The position numbers and the translations under genes were made by a program. From Terriglobia bacterium (GTDB lineage: Bacteria > Acidobacteriota > Terriglobia > 20CM-2-55-15), in the NCBI GenBank assembly GCA_965218585.1, contig CBDCLE010000026.1:128001-192000 (forward strand): a stretch of DNA of 64,000 bases, in the 5' to 3' direction. Within the stretch, counting starts at the first letter, position 1. The number at the start of each line of letters is the position of its first letter. Shown piece by piece: positions 9,786 to 17,675 of this stretch. The notes below the pieces were generated by a model. That model did not search any database and was not told where the DNA came from. It saw only the letters and a list, made by a program, of their open reading frames with translations.

Positions 9786-10492
9786 CTGTGACTGCGATCA
9801 ACCTCCTGGGGACGCGCCAGGATTACGCCACTCATTCGGTTTGCATTAAGAAATTCCGCCAAATCCTGATCCACTACGTGTCCACGACTCAAGGGGGCAT
9901 GGCGCATCCGAACGCCGTCTTCGTGAATGAGAATCCCACAGTGAAACACGTCGCGGTCCGGGAGGGTCGACGCGAAGAAAATCAGATCTCCCGTCCGAAC
10001 GTCTTCCCTTCTTCTCATGAATTCACGTTTGGGGATCGAACGCACTCGAATTGTTCTTTCCGGCAGTCCATGGAGAACATTGAGGCATCGGCGGCGCTCA
10101 ACAAGTCCGGGACCTCGAGTCCGGTTGCGAACAACTCCCGCACGACTATTGTTCCTGATCCAGGTCGTCATATAGTGGTTTCTCTTCTTCCAGTCGACTT
10201 CGCCGTCAGCGTAGCGGATGTACTGCAGGTTCCCGACAAACTCCTCAGTAGACGACGCACGGGCAAGAGCGAGAACGGTCTCCACATAGGTGACGCAGTC
10301 GAAACCGCTGAAGGACGCCGTGAAGACCTCCTCTTGGTCAAGGTCCCCGATAAGCATGTTCTTCATATATGGGTATTCGAGGAACTCTTCGCTGATGGCA
10401 GCGATGCGTGAGCCGATTCCCGATACGGGTTTTACCCGTCGCAGTATCTGTCTGACACGCTTTCGATCAAGATGCTTTGGAGTCTTTGTCAT
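9782..10492 (-). CDS. DUF1460 N-acetylmuramoyl-L-alanine amidase (AmiA-like, NlpC/P60 superfamily)
   Basis: FDCVTYVETVLAL catalytic Cys motif, RNHY, GDLIFF, DVFHCG, RHA; no signal peptide. Confidence 0.87.
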   Translation of the reverse strand: MTKTPKHLDRKRVRQILRRVKPVSGIGSRIAAISEEFLEYPYMKNMLIGDLDQEEVFTASFSGFDCVTYVETVLALARASSTEEFVGNLQYIRYADGEVDWKKRNHYMTTWIRNNSRAGVVRNRTRGPGLVERRRCLNVLHGLPERTIRVRSIPKREFMRRREDVRTGDLIFFASTLPDRDVFHCGILIHEDGVRMRHAPLSRGHVVDQDLAEFLNANRMSGVILARPQEVDRSHR

Positions 10493-10670
10493 CCAAACCG
10501 ATTCTAGCAGACACAGGCGTCAGACAAAGGCCGACGAATTCACTGATGGCCCGGCATGGGGGGACCGGACCAGCGCCCGCGCTCCCTCTCACTTTGCATA
10601 ACCAAAACGTCAGTGCCCTCGTCAATGCTTGGCTATGTGGGGGACGGTGGGCCCCATGCTAATGGACGTC

Positions 10671-10703
10671 AAAAAAAAGGCGCAACCTCTTAGTTGCGCC
10701 TTT
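10671..10703 (-). terminator. Intrinsic terminator downstream of the acidic small ORF
   Basis: Minus strand AAGGCGCAAC-TAAGAG-GTTGCGCCTT followed by a T run. Confidence 0.85.
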
Positions 10704-10736
10704 GCAGGAGGATACAGGATAGTAGAAGAATCAGGA

Positions 10737-10928
10737 CTATTCGTCGGTCAGGGAGATGTCGTCAAAATCGCCGGTGTCCAGGTCTAAGTCCTCGATGTCG
10801 AGATCTATACTCATGTCATCGGAAGCGAGGAGATAGTCCTCACCATCCTCGAAAAAGAACTCGTCGAAGGACTCTTCCAATTTGAACTGCTGATAACGCT
10901 CATCGAATTTAATTCGAATCGGAATCAT
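10737..10928 (-). CDS. Small, highly acidic hypothetical protein (63 aa)
   Basis: AAGGAGGTG SD just before ATG at 10928; own terminator; 23 of 63 residues are D/E. Confidence 0.75.
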   Translation of the reverse strand: MIPIRIKFDERYQQFKLEESFDEFFFEDGEDYLLASDDMSIDLDIEDLDLDTGDFDDISLTDE

Positions 10929-10962
10929 GGCGCCCACCTCCTTGGTCGCTCTGTCCTAACGA

Positions 10963-10978
10963 AGCAATTTCCGCACCA
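10963..10978 (-). promoter_or_regulatory. Putative sigma54 (-24/-12) promoter
   Basis: TGGTGCG-GAAA-TTGCT; exact GG-N10-GC spacing; about 20 nt upstream of the SD. Confidence 0.55.
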
Positions 10979-11140
10979 AGTTTGAACAACAGGGATAGTG
11001 CCTTTAAAAAGAAAGGGTTCGCCTGCGTCGCTCAAAGTCAGCCCACCGTCGGAAACAGTCCCGAATCCTGACGGGGCGTCAAAATGCTGAATTCTTAAGT
11101 ACAACGCCGCCACTCCTTTTTCCCCGCACGGGTTCGTTTC

Positions 11141-11237
11141 ATGCCTACTGAATTCCGCCTCAACGGCACTATTCGGGTGCTGACCCGGTACCAAGTACGG
11201 GTGCGGAGAAGGCCAGTGCGGCGGGTGTATGGTGGTG
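11141..11237 (+). pseudogene. Remnant of a xanthine dehydrogenase/CoxS-type (2Fe-2S) small subunit
   Basis: MPTEFRLNGTIRVLT, then after a one-base shift at about 11186 GTKYGCGEGQCGGCMV (canonical LTGTKxGCGxGxCGACTV); remainder missing. Confidence 0.75.
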
Positions 11238-11522
11238 ACGCGATCTTCGCAGCAAGGGAGGTACGCCTCACTGCGCTACCGGTGACTTCTAACGCGCTAA
11301 AACAACGTTGGTCTACTAGCGGCCTGAACCCAGGGTGTGCCCGGACCAACGCCTCTCGGAGTCCATTTGCTTATAATTCCCGCGTTTTGTACACTGCGCG
11401 CAGTTGTCGACGCAAGTAGAGGGCGTTGCACACTTGGTTCTGAACCCTGTACCATTTACATTGGTCTCTACTTCCGACACGACCTCCTCGCGGGAGGTAG
11501 CATTTAGATATAGGAGTCACCT

Positions 11523-12455
11523 ATGAGCACGGCGCATATCCACATTGTTTTGAACCATTTTCCAACGATCGGCACGGTTATCGGGCTGGCTCTGTTCGTT
11601 CTGGCCCTCGTTGGCAAGAACAATGAAGTGAAACGATTCGCGCTGGGACTTTTCGTGATATCCAGCATGCTGGTGATACCGACCTACCTGAGCGGTAGTG
11701 GAGCTTCCGAAATCATCGTGGATCGTCCTGAGATTTCCGAGGCCATGATCCAGGCGCACCAGGACCAAGCTTTTTGGGCCTTCCTGTTTGCGGGCATAAC
11801 GGCCGCATTCGCGTGGCTGGGACTCTGGGAGTTTCGGCGATTCGGTGCAGAGAAACCGTGGAACTCGAAAGTCGTCCTTGTTCTCGGCGTCATCACCCTT
11901 GCCCTGATGACGGTCACAGGAACGGCCGGTGGTGGAATATCTCATCCGGAAATTCGAGTCGAGGGAGCCGTGGAGCCGACGCTGGATGAAGGATCCATCA
12001 GTGCCGCGATCGAAACGTTTATCATCACAAGACCATGGGTATGGCCCGCATCCGAGGTCTTGCACTTCATCGGAATGGCGCTTTTATTCGGGGTCGTGCT
12101 GCTTGTCAATCTGCGGATGCTGGGAGTGATTAAGGGTATTTCCTATGAGTCATTGCACGCGCTCCTGCCGTGGGGCATGCTCGCTTTTGGGGTCAATCTC
12201 GTCACGGGAATGCTCTTTTTTATAGGGGCCTCAGCCCAGTACACCAACAACCTCTCTTTCTATTTCAAGATCATTCTGGTGTTACTTGCCGGCATGAACA
12301 TCATCTACTTTACGGTCTTTGATGACGTCTGGAACGTGAAGGCGGACGATGTAGCACCGATCACAGCAAAAGTCATGGCCGCCTCGACGATAGCCATGTG
12401 GGTCGGTGTTATCTATTTCGGCCGCATGCTGCCCTACATCGGCAACGCATTCTAA
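11523..12455 (+). CDS. Polytopic membrane protein: DUF2231-like His-containing N-terminal half plus DUF6644-like C-terminal half
   Basis: About 8 TM helices; HIHIVLNHFP, AHQ, GGGISHPEIR; second half WVWPASEVLHFIGMALLFG...NLRMLG...YFKI...GRMLPY; AGGAG SD. Confidence 0.75.
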   Translation: MSTAHIHIVLNHFPTIGTVIGLALFVLALVGKNNEVKRFALGLFVISSMLVIPTYLSGSGASEIIVDRPEISEAMIQAHQDQAFWAFLFAGITAAFAWLGLWEFRRFGAEKPWNSKVVLVLGVITLALMTVTGTAGGGISHPEIRVEGAVEPTLDEGSISAAIETFIITRPWVWPASEVLHFIGMALLFGVVLLVNLRMLGVIKGISYESLHALLPWGMLAFGVNLVTGMLFFIGASAQYTNNLSFYFKIILVLLAGMNIIYFTVFDDVWNVKADDVAPITAKVMAASTIAMWVGVIYFGRMLPYIGNAF

Positions 12456-12848
12456 AGACAATCTGGCGGGGCACTTCGGTTCCAAGCCCCGCCAAGGTCC
12501 CCCGAACGATTTCTGCCTCCCCCCCTACCGCTTCTCGCGAACTGGACTTTCCCCGACATGCTAGATACCTATCGGGCGTGATTGGACGGTTGGCCGAGAA
12601 AAAGAAGAATCGAAAGGGAAGAACCACCTCTGACACGATTTTGCTTGGACAATACAAATTCGTCTCGACAATAATGATTGGAAATTGGCGGCTGGTGCAG
12701 GAAGTAGGACGAAGGACCGAGGCGAACAGAGGGCCTTTCGGGTAACGTTCATGGCCGCGACGAGTTTTTCTGTGCGTTCTTTCTGCCGGGTTACAGGGTA
12801 TTGTGACAGCCTGGAGACTTGCCCTTGTGCGCTAAAAGAGTAATGACA

Positions 12849-13789
12849 ATGCGAGTGGCGAACGTGAGCGGACTGATTTGTCTGTCCGGCGTCATGGTGA
12901 TGGCAATGGGGCTCGACACCCCGCTGTCGGCCCAGAGGGGTCGTCCCGGGATAGTCGATTTTTCCGGCGAGTGGATCGACAGCTCGTTTGAAGAAGACGA
13001 TCGGGGAGGGCCACTGACTGCAGGCCCGAGTCGGGATAACGGAAGGCAACCCGACGCAATGCTCGGCAACTACCTCGGGATACCATACAACGATGCTGGA
13101 CGACAGAAGGCTGCCGCCTTCGACCTGTCCATTTACTCCCATCCGGCCTGGAAGTTGAGACCGCACCCGGCCCAGTATTCGATGCGTGGGATCATCGTCG
13201 TTTGGAGGATGAGCAAACAGATCCATCCGGTGACCGGGCGCCTTGAGGCATACCGAATCACTGGCGGGTACGCCCTGGATCGCACTATCTGGATGGACGG
13301 TCGGCCACATCCGCCCGACTACGTGGAGCACACCTATGACGGTTTCTCGACCGGCCGGTTCGAACGCAACATGCTGGTCGTGACGACCACCCATATGAAG
13401 CACGGATACCACAAGCGCAACGGCGCCCCTGCGAGCGATCAGGCGACGATGACGGAATACTTTATTCGCAACGATGATCGGCTGATGACTCATGTCCAGT
13501 TCACTGAAGATCCGGTTTACCTGGAAGAGCCGTACATCCGCACCACTGACTATGTTCTGGTGGGGAATCGGCACGCCGAGAGTCTCCCTGCACTGAGACA
13601 GCTTTGGGACAACACCGCGGAAATCATGTGGGAAGACGGTTACCTGCCATACCATCCGCTGGGCACTCAACACACGCAGATTTCGGATTTTCTTGGGGAG
13701 GCAGCGAAACCCTCTATCCCGAATATAGGGCAAAGTTGAGGCAGTTGATGAGCGAATCTGAAGCGGGTGATACCGGCGGCGAAAGGTAG
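12849..13789 (+). CDS. Secreted hypothetical protein, probably frameshifted near the C-terminus (reads to 13739; homologous tail continues in another frame to 13789)
   Basis: Signal peptide, DFSGEW, GIPYNDAG, RTIWMDGRPHP, GFSTG, DPVYLEEP; tail GGSETLYPEYRAKL lies in an alternative frame ending 8 nt before the next ATG. Confidence 0.7.
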
Positions 13790-13797
13790 CGGAATCA

Positions 13798-14817
13798 ATG
13801 GAACAGGTCAAGGAAGGGAAAACGTCTAACTATCGGGCGGGCGCTCTGTTGCCTCTTATGACGGCTCTTCTGGTCAGTCTCGCGTTGCCCGCCAGCTCAC
13901 AGCAACCCCATCCGAGCGAATCGCTGGACAGCAATACGCCTATCTATGTGATGCACGTTCAGGGTCAGGTCTACATGCTGGTGGTCGGTGGCGCAAACGG
14001 AGTCAACATCACGGCGCAGGTGGGTGATGAGGGTATTGTCCTTGTGGACTCGGGGCCGGAGGCCCTGGGCGACAGGTTGCTCGAGACCATCAGCGAGTAC
14101 TTCGACGGGAAGCCCGTTCGCTACCTGATCAACACACATGCACACGCCGATCATACGGGTGGGAATCAGGCGGTTGCCGAGGCCTTCGGGACCGAGCTCA
14201 GCAATCCCAACGAGTACGGTGGTGTCCGGATCGTTTCGCATCTGAGCACCCTCAATCGTCTGAGCGGGCTCACGCGAGACGAGCGCGATGTAATTCCCGA
14301 AATGGGACGACCGTATGCAGGTTTCTTCACGGAGAGAATGGATCTTTACCTGAACGGTGAATCGATTGTAGCCCTGTCTGCGCCCGATGCACATACGGAT
14401 GGCGATTTGATGGTCTGGTTCCGGAGCTCAGATGTTCTCGCTTCAGGCGACACCTTCGTGATGGGGCATTATCCCGTGATCGATCCCCAGCGGGGTGGCG
14501 GTCTCCAGGGCTTGATCGACACTGCCACGAAGATTGTTGATGATGTCGCGGTGGCAGAAGCTAATACCAGCGGAGGTACCCGGATTGTTCCAGGCCATGG
14601 GCGGTTGACCAACGAAGCCGAAGTCCTGGATTACCTTTTGATGCTGACCATCGTCCAGGACCGCGTCCAGACCATGGTGGATGCAGGGATGACGCTTGAG
14701 GAAGTGAAGGCCGTCCGCCCGACCCTGGACTACGACGGTGTGTATGGTGGAGATCGGGATTTTTGGACGCCCGAGATGTTTCTCGATGCGGTCTACCGAG
14801 AAGTCGCGAATAACTGA
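13798..14817 (+). CDS. Exported MBL-fold metallo-hydrolase (cyclase-like/glyoxalase II superfamily)
   Basis: Signal peptide, LVDSG, THAHADHTGGN, AHTDGD, SGD, VPGHG. Confidence 0.9.
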   Translation: MEQVKEGKTSNYRAGALLPLMTALLVSLALPASSQQPHPSESLDSNTPIYVMHVQGQVYMLVVGGANGVNITAQVGDEGIVLVDSGPEALGDRLLETISEYFDGKPVRYLINTHAHADHTGGNQAVAEAFGTELSNPNEYGGVRIVSHLSTLNRLSGLTRDERDVIPEMGRPYAGFFTERMDLYLNGESIVALSAPDAHTDGDLMVWFRSSDVLASGDTFVMGHYPVIDPQRGGGLQGLIDTATKIVDDVAVAEANTSGGTRIVPGHGRLTNEAEVLDYLLMLTIVQDRVQTMVDAGMTLEEVKAVRPTLDYDGVYGGDRDFWTPEMFLDAVYREVANN

Positions 14818-14934
14818 GCAGTTGGCGTTGGCTCGTTGTGCTACGTCAGATGCTGGAGGAGGCCGCCGACTTGTTTCGGGTACGCGATGAGTTCCAGCCA
14901 CCGGTCAAAAAATGACTGTGGAGGAAGTCGAGCA

Positions 14935-15795
14935 ATGAATTGGCGAACAATGAAGGATGAGCGGGGTTTGCGGATTCTGACTCTTGCAGGTCTTGTCTTC
15001 GTCATATCCGCTGCCGTGATGGCATCTGATGCGTGGGGACAGAGCGGCCCGGTTACGGAAACGCCTCAAACCATGGCGCCAATGGATCTGACAGGTTATT
15101 GGGTTACGGCGATAACCGAAGACTGGCGCGTGCGCATGATCACGCCTCAGAGAGGTGAGTTTCTGGGGCTTCCTCTCAATGAGGCGGGTATCGAGCTGGC
15201 GAATGCCTGGGACCCTGATCGGGACATTGCGAACGGCGATGAGTGCCGGGCATTCGGCGCAGCTGCGATCATGCGCAGTCCTACGCGGCTCCACATCACA
15301 TGGGAGGACGACAAGACGCTTCGGTTTGAATTCGACCACGGGGAACAGACCCGCATGGTGTACTTTGATCGGTCAATGTCCCCGGGTGAGCGTTCGTGGC
15401 AAGGCCACGCGATAGGCGAGTGGATCGACACGACAGTTCCAACTGGAACGTATAACACGCCCGGTATACTGGACGTAGCTCCGGAGGCAGGTGCACCGAC
15501 GCCGGGCGCCCTGCGGATCGTCACCAGCAATCTCCTGCACCAGTATCACCGCCAAAACGGTACACCGGTCAGTGGGAACGCGATGTTAACTGACATCATC
15601 AATCTCGTAGCAGGTCCCGGCGGCGAGGACTGGCTGATCGTCAAGACAATGATCGACGATCCTGAGTACATGTTCTCCACGATGGTCACCAGTTCGCACT
15701 TCAAGCACGAGCCGGATGATTCCAATTGGAATCCCGAGCCCTGCCAGGTTGAATTGCCGTTCGAGTCGCGGCTTCCAAACCTAAGGTTTGATTGA
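14935..15795 (+). CDS. Secreted hypothetical protein, paralogue of 12849-13789
   Basis: GGAGGA SD before ATG 14935; signal peptide; DLTGYW, GLPLNEAG, NGTPVS, DDPEY align with the upstream paralogue. Confidence 0.8.
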   Translation: MNWRTMKDERGLRILTLAGLVFVISAAVMASDAWGQSGPVTETPQTMAPMDLTGYWVTAITEDWRVRMITPQRGEFLGLPLNEAGIELANAWDPDRDIANGDECRAFGAAAIMRSPTRLHITWEDDKTLRFEFDHGEQTRMVYFDRSMSPGERSWQGHAIGEWIDTTVPTGTYNTPGILDVAPEAGAPTPGALRIVTSNLLHQYHRQNGTPVSGNAMLTDIINLVAGPGGEDWLIVKTMIDDPEYMFSTMVTSSHFKHEPDDSNWNPEPCQVELPFESRLPNLRFD

Positions 15796-15879
15796 CGCAG
15801 ATCTGAAAAAAACGTGAACGGGGTGGCTAGAAAACCCTACGAAGTTCGCCCCTTCTCGATGGTCTGATGCAGTAGCATC

Positions 15880-16299
15880 TCAGCGTTCATGGACGAGCGT
15901 CTTGACGCCATTTTCGAAGACTACCTCGATTTTGTTGCCAGCTTTAACAGCCGTCGTCACGCCGACTCCGAACTGTGCGTGCTCCACAACGTCACCTAGA
16001 ACGTAACTGTCCGTCGGGGAATAGCGCTTGGCTAGTGACATGTCTTGCCCGTTCAAGAGCTTTTCATACTGGCTCGCCTTCGCTTTTCGAGATTGAGGTG
16101 GGCGGGAGGCCGCTGCGTTGCGCTGGCGCACGGTTCTTGGGGCTTGACCTGGCTTGTGAGGTTTGTATTTGTGTTGAGCTTTGCAGGTGTTGCAATGCAC
16201 TCGCGCCGGAACGCCATCGACCATGGCTTCGATCGTGTGTGCCAAGATACGGTTGCAGGGACCACACCAACTGTCAACATCATCGCCCGGCCTTAACAT
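15880..16299 (-). CDS. Hypothetical protein: Zn-ribbon plus basic linker plus Tudor-like (PcrA/UvrD C-terminal-like) domain
   Basis: AGGAG SD before ATG 16299; CGPC...HCNTCKAQH; GDVVEHAQFGVGV...KIEVVFENGVKTL. Confidence 0.8.
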   Translation of the reverse strand: MLRPGDDVDSWCGPCNRILAHTIEAMVDGVPARVHCNTCKAQHKYKPHKPGQAPRTVRQRNAAASRPPQSRKAKASQYEKLLNGQDMSLAKRYSPTDSYVLGDVVEHAQFGVGVTTAVKAGNKIEVVFENGVKTLVHER

Positions 16300-16423
16300 C
16301 GCCTCTCCTGGTTGCAGTTCACTTGGTCGAGTGTGACCAAAAGTGCGACCAGACCATGCCCAAACATGCCAAAAGGTGACCATTTATCGGTCACCTTTTG
16401 AGGTTAAGTCGCTGATTTAATTA

Positions 16424-16505
16424 TGCCGAAGGCGGGATTCGAACCCGCACACCCGAAGGCACCACCCCCTCAAGATGGCGTGTCTGCCAGTTCCACCACT
16501 TCGGC
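16424..16505 (-). tRNA. tRNA-Leu(GAG)
   Basis: GCCGAAG acceptor, D-arm TGGTGGAACTGGCAGACAC, anticodon loop TT-GAG-GG, long variable arm, GGTTCGAATCC; CCA not encoded; canonical position after secG. Confidence 0.97.
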
Positions 16506-16515
16506 TGGTCAGTAT

Positions 16516-16884
16516 CTAGTTGTCTGTTTCAGTTCCGTCTTCGGGAATCTCCCCGGTCGGTTCATCAGGCCCAGGCGTCTCTGTAGCGGGCGCCTCTACA
16601 TCCGGAATGGGAGTGATCGGTGCAACATCTTCGCCAATGACCGAACCCGTACCCGGTTGTGAAATCAGAATCGTCAGTGACAACGAAGTCACCATGAACA
16701 TCACCGCCGCGACTGTCGTCAACCGGTGAAGAAACGTCGTTGCGCTTCTGGCTCCAAAGGAAGCCTGCGACCCACCTCCGCCAAACGTACCTGCAAAATC
16801 CTGTCCCTTTCCCTGCTGCAGAAGTACAACGAGGATCAGGAACACTGAGACGATGATATGCATGATGGTCAGAATTGTAATCAT
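16516..16884 (-). CDS. secG: Preprotein translocase subunit SecG
   Basis: LILVVLLQQGKG...FGGGGSQASFG...FLHRLT; tpiA-secG-tRNA-Leu synteny. Confidence 0.95.
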   Translation of the reverse strand: MITILTIMHIIVSVFLILVVLLQQGKGQDFAGTFGGGGSQASFGARSATTFLHRLTTVAAVMFMVTSLSLTILISQPGTGSVIGEDVAPITPIPDVEAPATETPGPDEPTGEIPEDGTETDN

Positions 16885-16905
16885 TGGTTAATCGTTGCTT
16901 GCCGC

Positions 16906-17664
16906 TTAAGATTCCGTGTAACGAATTATCGCCGCAAAAGATTCCGCTTCGAGACTTGCGCCACCCACTAGCGCCCCGTCAATATCCGGTTGCGCCATGA
17001 GATCGGCAATGTTGCCGGGCTTGACGCTCCCACCGTAAAGAATGCGTAGCGACTCCGCAACAGTTGAGTCGTAAACCTCCGATATCACGTCTCGAATCGA
17101 GGCATGCATCTGCTGGGCTATTTCCGGCGTTGCGGTCCGTCCAGTCCCAATCGCCCACACAGGTTCGTACGCGATAATGATATTGGAAAGGTCAGGTGCA
17201 GTCAATTGAGCCAGGCCCGCTCTAAGTTGCTTCTCCACCAGCTTTTCTGCCGTTCCTCCTTCTCTCTCCTCAAGCGTTTCACCCACGCAGACGATCGCCT
17301 TCATCTTCTGGCCGAGAACAGCGGAAATCTTCTTGGATACCGTTTCGTCCGTTTCGCCGAACAACTGGCGCCTCTCTGAGTGTCCAACGATCGAATAAGC
17401 ACATCCCGCTTCACGCAACATCGGTGCCGAGACTTGCCCGGTGTAGGCGCCCTCCTCTTCCCAGTAGACATCCTGGGACGATATATCGACGACGCTTTCA
17501 CGCGTCGCTTCGGCCCCAACCGACAGCGCGGTGAATGGAGGAGCGACAATCACATCACAGTGGTCAACGCCGGCGATGGTCGGAAGCAACGCTTCAAAGA
17601 AGCTGCGGGTCTGGGCCCGTGTCTTGAACAGCTTCCAATTTCCCGCAATGACTCCTCGGCGCAT
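16906..17664 (-). CDS. tpiA: Triosephosphate isomerase
   Basis: IAGNWK, GHSERR, AYEPVWAIGTG, YGGSV, LVGGASL; start at ATG 17664, not 17916. Confidence 0.97.
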   Translation of the reverse strand: MRRGVIAGNWKLFKTRAQTRSFFEALLPTIAGVDHCDVIVAPPFTALSVGAEATRESVVDISSQDVYWEEEGAYTGQVSAPMLREAGCAYSIVGHSERRQLFGETDETVSKKISAVLGQKMKAIVCVGETLEEREGGTAEKLVEKQLRAGLAQLTAPDLSNIIIAYEPVWAIGTGRTATPEIAQQMHASIRDVISEVYDSTVAESLRILYGGSVKPGNIADLMAQPDIDGALVGGASLEAESFAAIIRYTES

Positions 17665-17675
17665 TATTCTCCCCC

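Noticed and set aside
12631-12646. Sigma54-like TGACACGATTTTGCT
   Set aside because: Lacks the invariant GG and the spacing is one base short.
16423-16662. 79-aa plus-strand ORF beginning MPKAGFEPA
   Set aside because: Typical antisense translation of a tRNA gene and secG.
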